A DNA stretch of 64,000 nt from the human T2T-CHM13v2.0 reference genome, Homo sapiens. The position numbers were made by a program, and so were the translations under genes. This document shows, piece by piece, positions 1 to 14,069 of the stretch (position 1 is the stretch's first letter; each line of letters opens with the position of its first letter). The notes beneath the pieces are model-generated. The model had not been told where the DNA came from and ran no database searches. It saw only the letters and a list, made by a program, of their open reading frames with translations. Where the stretch lies: assembly GCF_009914755.1 (NCBI RefSeq), contig NC_060932.1, one strand, 5' to 3'.

Positions 1-3000
1 GTCCTTCTGAAGTGCTGTATATGGGAAATTTCTTTTTAACTCTCCAACATTTGGTAAGAAAAATCTTCCAACAAATGGAATTGCCTTTCTATTAAAAAAT
101 AAAAAATACTTGAGAACATGGCAGTTTTAAACAATGGGCTAGTATGGCAAATGTGTGAGGATACTTGCAGACATCCGAACCCACAGCTTCTCCAATACAT
201 CTGGGGACCTCTCAGAGGCAGAATAGTCTGAAGGCTTGTTATGGCCCAAAGTTCAAAGAAAATACAAGAGGGGAAGATTTAAATGGCAGAAGAGAGATAA
301 AGTATAGCCAATCATTCTCTCAGGAAGTCTTCTAAGAACAGTGCTCTTTTATGTACTCTTCATTTTCAGCTTGAGTCTTTCTTATATCTAAGGTCCCTTG
401 GGCCCACAAAACTGGGCAGAAATTTTCCTAGCCAATAAAATGCTTGACATTTCTCTTCTGACGTGCAAGGAAATAGAACAGTCTATCATTTCCTGCTTTA
501 GAACTAACTGGAAAGAAAAAAGGAGCATACCATGTAATTTACCCTCAAGTATCCATTTCAACACAGTGAACACTATGTTAAAAAAAAAGGAAATGTCAAT
601 TATCTACCTGAGATAGTTGGTATATACCCTTTTCTTCCATGGACCCAGTCTTGGCCACTCTAGCAGTTCTCTAAACCAAATGAAACAAAAATACAAAAAC
701 ATTAACAAAACCCTCCTTGAAGATCTGAGTAACTAAGTCACTGTCCTAATTCAAGAATCTATCTGAATTGCTTCTATTGTCAATTTTCTGTCCTAGTTTA
801 GATTTAACTTTCTGTAATCCAGACCTAGTCATTGTGAAATTGAATAACCACAGAACATTTATCAGTTCAAATGGTGGAGCCTCTCAGAAAAAGGCTCAAT
901 TACTATTTAAGCTAAGCATGCAAAGGAACAATCCTGAGTCTAGGATTTCCCTTGAATAACCCATTCTGCCTGGGAAACAGCTTCCTATCTTTGGCTGCAT
1001 CTGAAGCATCCCTCAGGGCATCCTTAGACAGAGTGTGCTGCCCTGGCTTGATGGGCATAGGGTGCAAAGGACACTTGGTTGTACCTGCATGCCCAGATGG
1101 TGCCCACAATCTGTATTTACTTTCAGAAACCAAAGACAATAGGATTCTATTTTATTAAGCCACAATCCTAGTTACTGGAGAACATTGAGATCAAAGGTAT
1201 TGGCACTGCAACCAGCTTTGGCAAGCCTCTGGGAAGAACATGTCTTTTCTGGCCTAGTTGAGTGTGTTTGCAATATATTTCCTTAGTTCAAATGGGGTCA
1301 CCCAATCATAATTCTTCACTCTAGTTTCTTTTTAGTAATCTAACCTTATCTTTTATCTGGATATGCTCAGCTCTGAGTTACTGGAGAAGCTGAAATATTT
1401 TATAGGGGATAAAAGAAAGACAATTATGGACACTATGCTAAACTGTTTCTTGTGACATCAACCACTCTTTGTGAGGGTTATGATGGTCGAGGGGGTAACA
1501 CAGTAGGTGAGAAATGGGAGAAGAGGATTTGTCAGGATTGTTTGTGTTCCCCAATAAATCAATAATGAAAGACTTGAGAGTCATTTTAAAAGTAGAGTTC
1601 AGCCAGTGGGAATGTTTCTACAATTAGGCAAAACAAGCAACTGTGCATGTTTAATTACCATAAATTTTCTTGACCACTTCAGCATGGAGAATTGGTTTTC
1701 CAATGTTTGTGCTCTCACATAACATCTCTTTCTATGTTATGTCTTAAACCAACCAGTTTCTCATCAGATTTCTGTGTGTTTCTTGTAACACTACTAAATT
1801 AAATGCTCTTTGAAGGCTAGTGCAAGCTCTTATAGAACCTTCAACAGTGCTCTGTAAGCATGGTAAACTTTCATTAGTTTTTTTGATATCTCATTGGTAT
1901 GATTTTATGGACATTGGATAGCTCATCATGCTCCAGCACACATTCAAATACTTTCCATCTTGGTAAGTCATACCACTTGATTTCCCAATATAAGGCTTCA
2001 TTTCTTTAGGCTTGGAAATTTCTCAATCTTTAACCATGTCCAGTTAAAAATGCAAATATCCCTGGGTAAAGTCCACTGTGTCCTCTTATGGCAATGGGTG
2101 CCTACTCACCTAAGATATTTCTCTTTTGAAGGTTTTTTCTTCTAGTGTCTTCTTTATTTTCTGGAGAAAGGATGTAGAAGATATAAATATTTTAATTTTC
2201 CTTGCAAGGAGCTTAAAATCATTGCCACTTTGTATTAGTATACCAACTCAAAAATTTAATTCTAGCTCATATTTATGACATTTTTTACTTGTAACTTTGA
2301 TGCAGGCAAGTATCTGTGGCTTAAAAACCAAATTTGACTCATTTTTTAAAAAGTTCAGAGTAATTTCACTTAGGCTCAGGATTGTCCCTTTGTATGTTTA
2401 CGTTAAATAGTAATTTAGCCTTTTTCTGAGAGGCTCCACCATTTGAACTACCATAGTGTTCCGCTTTGGTACTTAGGAGAAAAAGCATTAATTTTTATAA
2501 AAACTAGGAAGACAAGTGATTACTCAAAGGAGTTATGATCTGTATTTCCCTATTACACATAGGTATTCAATGCTGGAAAAAAAAATTTCACAGTTTCCAA
2601 AAATTTATGCTCCAATTGCTTTAATCTGCAAGGGAGATGTCAGGATTGCAGTAGAGGAGGAGGACTGTTTCTAACTGAGAAATCCCTGTCCTGCTCACCA
2701 GCCTTGCTGTCTGTGAATCTGAAGCCTTTTAAAATTTGGGAGAATTCATTCCCTTGCTCTTCACTTCATTATCTTAAGTTCATGAATGTTCTCCACTCTT
2801 CTCTGGCTCTTTCAAGAATAATTAGTACACTCATCAATTTCCCTGTCCTGGCTCATTTGACAAACAAGTGCCATATGAGTCAAATGTTTGCATTCTGTGC
2901 TGAGCAGAATTGAGGGGCAGTTTCTAAATCTGTAGGTTTCACAGCAGTGGTACTCCCAGGAGAGTCATAAGTGAATTTGTGGCAATGCAAGCAGCTCTGG

Positions 3001-5761
3001 ACGGCTGACAGGGTTGCGTTACATCTTTGAATTGGCCTTTCATTTCAGTGATTAACAGGTGAGGTTCAGGAAGCCTTTTGTTTCAGCTCCAATTAATTCA
3101 ACAGCCTACTTTACTTTGTTCCCGTCTATGAAACCAGAATACCAGGCTTCCAGAAGAATATTTCTGCACATATATTTTAGAAATGACAGAGCTAGAAAAA
3201 TCAAATGCAAAGCTTGGTAGTAAGCATAATTTCCTGGGTTTTTAAAATAATTTAATAAACAGAATAAATTATTTCAAGCTATATATCTCCCTAAAAATTC
3301 TTAATATCACATTACAAATTATGATTGTTAAGCATTAAGATGAATCCTAAATCAGCCATTTTCCTGATTTTCTTCCTTTTCTCCCCAAGTACCTATACCT
3401 GGGCAATATAGTTGCTATTGCAAAGGATGATTATAAAGGAGAGTGGGGGATGTAATAATATAATTCGTTAATATTTGTTTTCATAGAGGGTTAACAAACT
3501 GCAAGAGTGAGTGGGCAAGATAACTCTTTTGGGAAGTTTCTCCAAATTGCATTGCTATCTCTTCTTTCATCAAGCATATGTGACATACCTACTGCATACT
3601 GAGTATTACAGTTGGCTGTGTGTGAGTACTAAGAAAAAACTACATTGTTTCTGCCTCTCTGAGAATGAGAGACACACCAGTGACACATAAAGAGTAATAC
3701 ACGTAGCTTAAAGGGTCAAGGAGTTAAAAATAGAAGAGATGGCACCCTGGATTTGAGGCTGTCAGAAGTTTCTTGACTTTTAAGAAAGAAAAAGGAAATA
3801 TATTGAAGGCAAGAGACACAGAAGCAATGAGAATCAAGTATGTACACCAGAAGGGTAAGGCTGAGTCAGTGGAACATACTGGGAGGAGTAGGATGTCATT
3901 TAAATGGCTATGGAAGCTGTTATTCACAGGTTAAGAATAACGGAACTCATAGTGTCAGTGAAACGCTAGCTTCTTAATCAGGACTCTGATGTGGATAAAG
4001 CTTTTGTACCTTTTCTTACTGCCATCTGAATCAGACTTGATGTTCAGGAACAGTTAAAGCTCACGTATGAAAGGACAATTTGGACAAACTAATCAAGCAT
4101 TAGTAATACGAATAATCAAGAGAGTGCTCAAAATCATCTAATGTTGGTTTGTTTTCCTGAGGTTAATATTAATTAAAATTGATCAATATTAATAAATTTG
4201 TTTAATGGTTCCAAGTAACTTTAAATATTAAGAGTTCCTTTGGCCATCCATGTTTCCAAGTGATCTTCCTTAAATAATTATGAGGCAAATTTATTACCCG
4301 AGATGTGATCAAATCCAGACATCTAAGACAGGAAACCTACAGAGCAGGTTATTGACATATTCTATTCCTTATCATGACACTTAAAGCCCTGGAAAATTAA
4401 GGGCTTCTTATTCACAAGTTTATGGGATTCATTGGAACCAACAATGACCTTGTAATCCCTGTAGTCAGTATTCAGAGAAATCTTGCCAACAATATAACTG
4501 AAAGCAGAGCTGTCATTATAAAATCTAGATTTAAAGTAGGGATTTATGATTGGTACAATGTTCATGATATGCATTGCAGTGTGAATTAGGCTATGATATA
4601 GCTTGACATTCACTGGAGATATTTTAAAAGCAAAACTTGGCTTTAGTTTTAGTCAATAGTTTCTTTATCTAAAACAGAAGAAAGTATTATCAATGCATCA
4701 ATCAAAGTTTCAGAGATTTTGGAATGTGCAATTATTAATGGACTCGGGAGGCTTTGCAAATTGTCTACCTAAAATGACTTCAATGTTATTTTTATTTTTA
4801 ATGCGAATACTAAAGTTATTTGATTATAGCAACTTTGCCTTACACTTACTCAAGAACAGATACATGATCCTGCTTTTAAGCTGAGTTTAAAGTTTAGAGA
4901 GATTCCAAAATGTAAGTAAACATTGTAATCAATACCACCCTTTTGACAAGACTCAGGGAAATACATTAAAAAAATGAAACAAATTTTTCTTCTAAAATGA
5001 AACATAAATTAACAAGATTTTCAAAATGTAGTTTTCATGATGTATTTTGGCTGCATCCTCAGTTATGTTTTCAAAACATGAAAATTAAACTAGAGCATCT
5101 TGAATTGAGAATCCAGCAGACTTTGGAATCAGTAGGAACATTTCCATATGCTATAATTTTCTAGGCATTATTTTGATGTTAATTTATTCTTTTATATATA
5201 TTTAGTACTATTTTGTACTGGTTATGAAAAATTATAGCACACATAAAGAAATTGGAAGAAAACTACTTGCCACTATCCATTCTCCCATTATCTCAAGATA
5301 TTTTTTCCAAGTTTTCAGACCATTTGGGCCATGATTCTTTTATTTTCCCCGCATAATCTAAAGAAGGTTTCAATTGGAATCTAAAAGTAGATTCAGCTTA
5401 AAATATAGTTGGGTTAGTCTAGGTTGATTATTGATGAAAATTTAGAAATAATCAATATGTACCCCCCCGCCACACACCCAGTTTTTAAGATTAGTATTTC
5501 AAGTTGGCTGCTTTGGGTAACTCTTGATTTTCTTTGAAGGACAGGGCTCCTAAAATAATTTTTAACTCAATAAAAAAGATTGTTCTAGATTTCAGAATGT
5601 CATAGAAGTATAGAGGTAATGAGAATGAAAGAGCTGAAGTAATCCAATGCCCAACTTCATTTCAGGAGTCAGAAGGAAGAAGGCAAAGAGTGCAAATAAG
5701 GATACATGTGTGGCCAACATTTAAGCCACTCTTAAGAGTTTATAGATTCTGTACAGAAATG

Positions 5762-5763
<2 letters not shown>

Positions 5764-5819
<56 letters not shown>
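5764..5819. repeat. Compound microsatellite (GT)n(GA)n
   Basis: GT run 5764-5801 followed directly by GA run 5802-5819. Confidence 0.98.
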
Positions 5820-7722
5820 ATCTAATCCTGTTAGAGTCTTTGGAAACCACATTTACTATGGACAGAAAAACGAATTCAAATTAAATGGACAACACAAAAG
5901 AGAGGCCAGTGTTACACATAATTCCTCCATGTGTTTAGCAAGGTATGGGTTCCTCCTCTTGCTGCAAATGGGGATATATTGCAAATATTATGAACAAAGA
6001 ACAGAGGACAAAAATAAACTAAGAGAAAGAGTTAAAATGATCTCCACATTGGCTGCCTGTGAGAATTGCAGTGGTTTGTTGCTCCTACTACCAATAATGA
6101 CAAACAAGATAGGAGCATGGCCTTGGGGGCAAATAGCAATCTTTATATTTGTCTATAGGATGATATGTTTGCAGACTGTGAAACACTTGGGCAAAAATAT
6201 CTGAAAGCTTAAAAGGCAAGTCTGGACAAGGGGAGTAGTAAGATTGGCTTAGAAAGGTAGTCTGGGAATGATCTACAAGAAAATGCTGTTGTAGGAAGAG
6301 AGTAGTTTTCTGCTAGGGAAAAGGAGCTCTGGGCACCATTTACTCCAGGAGCCAAGCCAAGTGGGAGCCAGTCCCAGACACAGGGGCAGCAAGATGAGGT
6401 AGGAGTGCAGAATGCACTTTCCTGGAGTCTAGAATTTCAAAATTCTGTATCTGTACTATTCCTGCCTCCTCCTATGGTTTGCAATTCAGAAGCTTAAAAC
6501 TAACAAAAGACAAAAAATATTCCTGAAAGCAAAGAGAAGACAAATGCCTATAAGAATGAGGACAAGCAATCAGAAGATGGAGGTGCTCACACAGGCCAAG
6601 TACAAAGAGAGTGGGTGCATGGGATGTTCATCAGATATGTGTAGGTTACATTATTCTATCTTAGGTTATTTGCCACAGCATTTTCATGTGCCACTTGAAG
6701 TACATGTTTGATTCAGGATTTAACTGTACTTCTTTTCATTGACACTATGAATCAGCATTTCAGGTCTGGTTTTCTTTTCTGTATAGAACACCTTGATAAT
6801 TTCTGAGTAGTATAGAAGACAATTTCAAGAAGTTGGCAGTCTGGCTGAGAAACTGATAAAGAAACACTGAATAGAGGTTAGAAATGTGCATAGTTAATTA
6901 CTAAATTATGAGAATTATAAGTCAGTTGTGGTTATAGAATTTCACAATTTGCAGAATCAGTGCAGGCTAGAAAACTAAAAAAAGCGTTCAAGGAAGAAGA
7001 ATATGAGCTTGGCTTTGAGGGATGAGAAGGATATGACTGACAGGAAAGGAGAAGAGCATTACAAGTATGGGAAAAAGCACTAAGGTGGGACCAAAGATGG
7101 CATATTAGAGGTCTTGTCAGAAAACCAGGCTCTCAAGAACAAGTGTATATCTAAAAGCAGTGGGAACTAAAGTTATCTAGTTTAAGGAGAAGTCAAAAAG
7201 CCAAGATGAAGAGTTTAAATTTCAAGCTGTGTCTAGGCAACTCACCTGTCTTCACTTTCAGAAGGTGAGGTTTGGTTGCAGCTGACAAGGTGCCTGATTC
7301 GGAGGATTTAGGAGCCTCTGTGAGGTGATGGGGCCAGTCTCCCTTCCCACATCACAGCTAATGAAAAGGTTGCTGTGCTGAAGTTCCCTTCACCTCATTG
7401 GAAATGCTCCATGTCCTACCAGCAGCCAACAGCTGGTCCTGGGAGCTGCAACTCTACCATGCCAGGACCAACACTATCCTGCAGCTCTTCCTCTCCTCCA
7501 GAACCTATTAACTATGATTCTAACACTCAGCTAAATCAAAGCCTTACGCATAAGACTTGGCAATTATGTAATTATTTTAAATGAAAGTTACAAATCTAAC
7601 TCTCAACACAGAATGCTTCATGCAGTAAATGGCAATAAATGGACTATGTGTCTTATTTCTCTGCAACCTCATACTCTAATTTATCCATTCCATCTTGAAT
7701 TTTCTTTCTACCATTTAAATAC

Positions 7723-8082
7723 CGTATTAGCTTGTTTTCATACTGGTATAAATAAATACCCAAGACTGGGTAATTTATAAAGGAAAGAAGCTTAATTGAC
7801 TCACAGTTCCACATGGCTGGGAGGCCTCGGGAAACTTACAATCATGGTGGAAGACAAAGGAGAAGCAAGTACCTTCTTCACAAGGCTGCAGAAAAGAGAG
7901 AGAGAGAGCAGGGGAAACTGGCACTTATAAAATGATCAGTTCTTGCAAGAACTTACTATTACGAGAGCAGCATGGGGGAAACCGCCCCATGATCCAATCG
8001 CCTCCTACCAGGGCTTTCACTCAACACGTGGGGATTAGAGTTGGAGATGAGATTTGGGTGGTGACACAGACAAACCATATCA
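7723..8082 (-). mobile_element. MaLR solo LTR (THE1D/MSTA-like)
   Basis: Termini (c)GTATTAG...AAACCATATCA are the reverse complement of the THE1/MST LTR; hallmark GACTCACAGTTCCACATGGCTGG; 5-bp TSD AATAC at 7718-7722 and 8083-8087. Confidence 0.9.
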
Positions 8083-8146
8083 AATACTATTATACTTTAA
8101 ATTTTCTTTTTAGGAATAAAACCTGCTTCTGGCTTCCAGTTACCAA

Positions 8147-8331
8147 CAATAGTTTGCAAAGTGTGATCCCCTGACCAGCAGCATTAGCATCACCTGGGAA
8201 CTTACTGAAAGTGTACATTCTTGACCCCACTCAGACCTGCTGAATCAGGAATTCTGCAGGTGGGGCTCAGCAATGTGTATTTCAAAAAGTCATCCAGGTG
8301 ATTCTCAGGAGTGCTTGAGTAGAGAACTACT
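8147..8331 (+). mobile_element. MER5A (hAT-Charlie MITE)
   Basis: Matches recalled consensus AAAGTGTG..CC..GACCAGCAGCAT.AGCATCACCTGGGAACTT...TGAATCAG...CCAGGTGATTCT. Confidence 0.85.
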
Positions 8332-8349
8332 CACCTGCAGGTACAGTGA

Positions 8350-8810
8350 TGACTCCTTAAATATCATTCAAGGTTCTTTACGGTCTTCCTAACTTTTGCA
8401 GCCTCATTTAGCCCTAGCCTGCCACCCAACTACCACACTGAGGACATTTGTATTATACGAGACACATGTACAATTTTCAGCGTCTCCTGACCACACCAAG
8501 CTCTTTGCTATTGTATTATCTCTACTGTCTCGTCTAGAACATACTTCTCTCACCCTGGCTAACCCCTACTTTTCTTCCCAAGTTTCAACATTACCTCCTC
8601 CATAAAGACTTCCTTGATTCTGGCCAGCAGTTACTCTCTGCTATATTCTTGAAATCTTTTTTTATGTTCTGTGAATAAAATAATTATCACAATGAATTGA
8701 ATGCTGTTTACATGTGTCTAGGCTTAAGGACAGGATTCTTGTATTCAAGGAAATACTTAGGAGCTAACAAAGTGTTGGGCACATTGCTAAGACTTAGTAA
8801 TGCTTGTTTA
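8350..8810 (+). mobile_element. L2 LINE 3' fragment (degraded)
   Basis: L2-like 3' end AAAGTGTTGGGCACATTGCTAAGACTTAGTAATGCTTGTT preceded by pyrimidine-rich L2-like sequence; boundaries approximate. Confidence 0.6.
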
Positions 8811-10389
8811 ACACACAAAGACATGATTTAACAAAGCAACAATTTTATATTCAAATCACCAAATTAGTTTCCAATTGAAGATAAAATGACATAGCCTCTC
8901 CAGCCCTAATTTCCCATGTGCTGGTTGTTACAGTTTTTGAAAAGTGGTAAACATTAAGGAATGTATCTATATGAACTCCGTGGATTATTTTCCTTATCAG
9001 CAATGGCTGACTCAGTGGCAGAGACAGGCCACCCACAGTACACTGAAGCAGCAGTTTGCTACCAGCAATGATTTGGTTAACCTTTGATTAAACATAGGAA
9101 TTTAAAGCATGAAAAGGTCTGGAACCTGACACAACCCTTTGACACCATGCTGTCTGTCATTAATGATAATCCACCATTAGATGTTCAGCTTTGAAAATGG
9201 AATTAGACGACTTCAGTTTTCAACCCTAACCCCGATGTACTGTAAAGTGAACCCTGCTGTGTTTGGAGACTTCCTGATTTACTGCTTTGCCTTTTAACTA
9301 TTTTCAGGCAGATTGGGGGTAGAGGGAGGGTAAAGAAGTCCAGGGATCAAGTGAGTACAAACAAGGCATCTTACCCACCATCAAGGGAAGCAACTTTCTG
9401 CTTAGATAAGTCACCAGGTCAAAAGAGCTTTATTCCCACAGTTGATTTTATCTTCTTCTTCTTCTTTTTTTTTTTTCCAAACTAGGTGTAAGAATTCTTG
9501 CTAGGACATCATGCAAGAAATATTTCGTATCCTTTTACACTTCCTTTGAAAAACAACAGCAATAATGTTAGAGCTCCCTGGGGTCCCTCGTCTCCAACAT
9601 TTTTTTTCCTTCTTAGCCATAATGTATTGGTGCAGCTGAAGGTCCTACACCCCATTTCATGTGTAGCACAGTGTTCCCAACAGGGTACAGTACATGCCTA
9701 AGTGCTTGTTGAATGAACAAACGACGAAATCTGCCTCCTAGTTCCATAGCTGTGGTTTACACATAAAAGCAAATTTCAGACAGCAATAAAACTACAAGCA
9801 ATTGACCTAGACCTCTTCCTGTTAACAATCGACTTGTTATTGTTTGGTTCACTTTCTTTTTCTGGCTTTTGAATCCCTGGCTACCCCTCCCTACTCCCAC
9901 CTCCCAGGCTTTTTGGCTAATTGGAGTTGAGAATCTCTCTCAACTTAGCTCAGTTGACTCCTGGGATTTCAGTGTTCCTAAAAACATTGGTGAGAGACTC
10001 CTCCTCCAGTATTTACCCTGCAGAACCCTGGTGGAGAAGCAGAGTTCATCTCTCCCATCCCCTGACAGGAGAGAGATTTGGGCATCATTTCCCACCTACC
10101 TAGGTGAGAAGGGCTGGGGAGAACTGTATTTTCTTTGGATCCTTCTCAGATATTCTGATGGATCATTTGTGTTCTCTTTCCCAAATGTGATTACATCATT
10201 TCACTGCCATACAAAGACTTTCCAAACTGTAGTAACCCCAGTGAAATTTTTCTTTCAAGAAAGGGGATATGATATTGGCATTACTACTATAGCAACTACA
10301 GAAGCATTACAGTACTTTGAGAATCTGTGAGCTATTCCAGATTAAATCACCTGGCCACTGTGTTGGGAAATGTACTTTATTTAACAAAC

Positions 10390-10610
10390 ATAACATTCAC
10401 CATGAACCAGACACTGTTCTATGTGTTCATATGTATTAATTCACTTAAATTTTAAAACAATGTAAGAGGCAGGTACTATTGTTAGCCGCATTTTAAAAAG
10501 AGGAAAGTGAGATAGAGTTACTTATCCAAGATGAAACAGGTAATGAATGACAGAGTCGAGATCCAAATCTAGCTAAGTACTCCAGCTACAATCTGTGCTC
10601 GTAACCATTT
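10390..10610 (-). mobile_element. MIR SINE
   Basis: MIR core variant AGGTACTATTGTTAGCCGCATTTTAAAAAGAGGAAAGTGAG; boundaries approximate. Confidence 0.7.
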
Positions 10611-10635
10611 TATGTTGATTCTCTACCTGATTCCA

Positions 10636-11153
10636 TGTATTAGTTAGCATTCTCCAGAGAAACAGACATGGATTATGTTATATATATGACATATGAGAGG
10701 AGATTTATTATGAGAAGTGGTTCACATAATTATTGAAGCCAAGGCATCCCACCATCTGCTGTCTGCAAGCTGGAGGACTTAGAAAGCTAGTGGTGTAACT
10801 CAGTCTGAGTCTGAAGCCCTGAGAACTGGGAAGCTGATGGTGTAACTCTCAATGATGCAAGTCCCGCAGTCCCAACGACTGAGAACTAGGAGCTCTGATG
10901 TCCCAGGGCAGGAGAATATGGATGTCTCAGCTCAAGAAGAGAGAGATTTTACCTTTCCTCTGCCTTTCTATTCTATCTGTGCCCTCAATGGATAAGATGC
11001 TGCCCATCCACACTGGTGAGGGCAAATCTTCTTTATTCAACCCACTGATTCAAATGCTAAACTTTTCTGGAAACACCCTCAAAGGCACACCCAGAAATAG
11101 TGTTTTAGTATCCCTTAGCCCAGTCAAGTTGAGAGGTAAAATGAACCATCACA
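10636..11153 (-). mobile_element. MLT2B-like (ERVL) solo LTR
   Basis: TGTATTAG..TTCTCCAGAGAAACAGA start and CCCAGTCAAGTTGA...AACCATCACA end; near-TSD TTCCA/ATCCA. Confidence 0.85.
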
Positions 11154-11424
11154 ATCCATCTGCCATTTCTCAAAGCAGCTTGAGTAATAGACATATGATT
11201 CAATGATATCATTAAATATAACTGCTGGTAAAATAATAACAGGATAAATGTTTTTACTAATAATAAGAGGAAAAATAAGATAATTTCTCCTATTATTTGA
11301 GAGTATTGTCCATGTTCTGGTATATACATGCCCTCATATATATACATATTCGACACAGTTTTGATATTCATTTTTAAATGAGATCACTATAATATTTACT
11401 GTGATACAGAGGCACTATAATGTC

Positions 11425-12775
11425 AATTTTTTCTTTGTGGTAAACATAAGACCATCAAATTTGCCATTTTAACCGTTTTATATGTATAATTCAGTGGCAT
11501 TAATTATATTCACAACATGTGTTACCATCACTACTGTCTACAATTTTTTATTATCCCAAACAGAAACCACTAAGCAATAATTCCCCACTTCCCTCTCTTG
11601 TAGCCACTAAGTTAAGTTCTATCCCTGTGTATTTGTCTATGCTAGATATTTCACATAAGTGGAATCATACGATATTTGTCCTTCTGTATGTGACTTATTT
11701 CACTTAGTGTGATGTTCTTAAGATTTTTCCATGCTATGCATGTATTATAACTTCATTCCTTGTTATGATTGAATAATATTTCATTGTGTGTACTTAACAC
11801 ATTTTGTTTATCTGTTCATCTGTTGATGGACATTTGGATTGTTTCCAGCTTTTGGCTATTGTCAATAATGCTGAGATGAATATTGGAGTATATGTTTCTG
11901 TTAAAGTACCTGTTTTAAATTCTCTTGGAATTGTTAGGTCATATAGTTTTTTAAGGAACCACCAAACTGATTTCAACAGCTTCTCTACCATTTTACACCT
12001 CCACTAGTGATGTATGACAGTTTCAGTTTCTCTGCATGTTCACCAGTACTTGTTATTTTCTGTTTTGTATTTTATTATGCCATTCTATAAGGATGAAGCA
12101 GTATCTCATTGTGGTTTTGATTTGAATTTTCCTAATGGCTATGATGTTGCACATATTTTTAAGTGCTTATTGGTCTTTGTATATCTTCTTGGGAAAATAT
12201 ATATTCAAGTCATTTGCCTATATTTTAATATAAATATTAAAATATTTATATTTTTCTGTTATTGAGTGGTGGAAGTTCTTTATATATTGTGGATATTAAT
12301 TCTTTGTCAGATGTGTTATTTGTAAACATTTCCTTCCATTCTGAAGGTTGTCTTTTTGCTTTCTTGATGATATCCTTTGCACAAACATTCTTGATTTTGA
12401 TGGTCTAATTTATCTAATTTTTATTTTGTTACCTGTGCTATTAGTGTCTTATTTAAGAAATCATTGCCAAATCAAAGGTCATGAAGATTTGCTCCTATGT
12501 TTTCTTATATTTTATTCAGTTTTGAGATAATTTTTGTATATGGTCAAAGTAAGAGTCCAATTTCATTCTTTTACATGTGGATATCCAGTTTTCCCAGCAC
12601 TAATTTTCCCATTTCTTGTTGAAGAAAATGCTCATTCCTTGTGGAATGGTATTGACATCCTTGTGAGAAATTATTTGATCACATATGCAAGGGTATAAAT
12701 ATGTGAGCTCTCTGTTCTATGTCATTGATCTATATGTCTATCCTTATGCCAGTATCACACTATTCTGATAACCAT
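11425..12775 (-). mobile_element. Old L1 (L1MB-like) 3' fragment
   Basis: Minus-strand ORF 11794-11991 resembles the L1 ORF2 C-terminus (FISALLTIAKSWKQSKCPS); L1MB-type 3' UTR at the left end. Confidence 0.85.
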
Positions 12776-12959
12776 AGAAAATTAGTATTCACACAACTAT
12801 ATTCTAGTCAGCCACTATCAGGCTTAAGGCTTATCAACTCTGTATAGTTAGATCATTTGTGTTCCATAAAAGACTGAGGCTAATTACCCTAAACATGCAA
12901 TTCTAATGTTTGTTAGAGAACTAGAGCTCACTAATATCCAATTTGTTTTCAGTTAGAGA

Positions 12960-13110
12960 AAATGGAGTCTACAGTCACTCTGCATTCCTCTTACCTAATT
13001 CTAGAAAAATTCTAACCTACTTCTATCTTTATAGATTTATCTTTTTTGGACATTTATATAAATAAAATTATATAATATGCAGTAATTTGTGACTGGTTTC
13101 TTTTACTCAT
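12960..13110 (-). mobile_element. Short L1M 3' UTR fragment (paralogous to 14220-14380)
   Basis: GGACATTTATATAAATAAAATTATATAATATGCAGTAATTTGTGACTGGTTTCTTTTACTCA resembles the L1M 3' UTR. Confidence 0.7.
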
Positions 13111-13114
13111 CTTA

Positions 13115-13670
13115 TGACCCTCATAAAGCTGTGAGGGTCATATGACTAGTTCTGGCCAGTAGGCTCTTAGCAGACATGACATACATCACTTCTAAGCCAA
13201 GGCATAGGAGACTGGCCTTGAGGACCCCATGTCTCTCTTCTCCTTCTTTGGCAACCAAAGATGTGGTGGGATTTAGAGGATCCAGCTACAGAGATGGAGC
13301 CTGGCCTGTGTCCCTGCATGACTACTTGGAACAGAAACCTCCCTCTCGACATTAGCCTACCTTAGGTGGACAAGTAGCTTGTATGACCATTTTTTTTTTT
13401 GTTGTGCAAATATGCCACAAGGATTTGAAAACATATTTGTTAAAATTATCATATGTGTTCTGGATGTGTGGTCCAAGACCAAGAACAGTAGCTTCAACAA
13501 GAAATTTACTAGCGATGCAAATTCTCAGGTCTCACTGGGACATGCTGAGTCAAAAACTGTGGGGATGGAGCCCAGCAGTCTGTATTTTAATAATCCCTTT
13601 AGGGTATTCCGACGCAAGTTAAAATTTAAATACCACTGCAGTAGCATAACCTAGCCTATCCTTTCTAATA
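13115..13670 (+). mobile_element. MLT1I/J-like MaLR LTR interrupted by MER5A
   Basis: GGTCATATGACTAGTTCTGGCCA...CACTTCTAAGCC; LTR end GCATAACCTAGCCTATCCT.TCTAATA resumes after the MER5A. Confidence 0.6.
13452..13638 (+). mobile_element. MER5A
   Basis: GTGTGGTCC...ATGCAAATTCTCAGG...GGAGCCCAGCAGTCTGTATTTTAA...TACCACTG. Confidence 0.8.
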
Positions 13671-14069
13671 ATTGATAATTAGTTTTTCAACATGTTAAAT
13701 AACAAAATATAGTCTTTGTAGAGGAAAAGGAGAGCAGTAACTGTATATTTTTCATTCGAATCTTCCTTACCAATCCTACTATTACCACCTTAGTTCAAGG
13801 GGATATTAAGTCTAGCCGCAGTGTAGTATAGGTCAAGACTACTATTGAAAGGATATTGTAAGTAAAGATTTGGGTCATATTAAACATGATATAGGCACAA
13901 TTAGTGTTCAATAAATGACGATTGTCTTTCTTTTCCTTTCATATCCTTGGTACTTCTTGAATAGACCAAGGCACAAACTCCCAACTCTCCCTATGTTCAA
14001 TTTCTCTTCACTCTAGTTCCCGCATATTAAGATTACATTTAACTTTTTGGAGAAATTCAGCTTTGATCA

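Noticed and set aside
5764-6204. 146-aa ORF
   Set aside because: Starts at a GTG inside a (GT)n(GA)n microsatellite; no recognisable domain or splice context.
9869-10330. 153-aa ORF
   Set aside because: Non-ATG start and no recognisable homology; length is compatible with chance in 64 kb.
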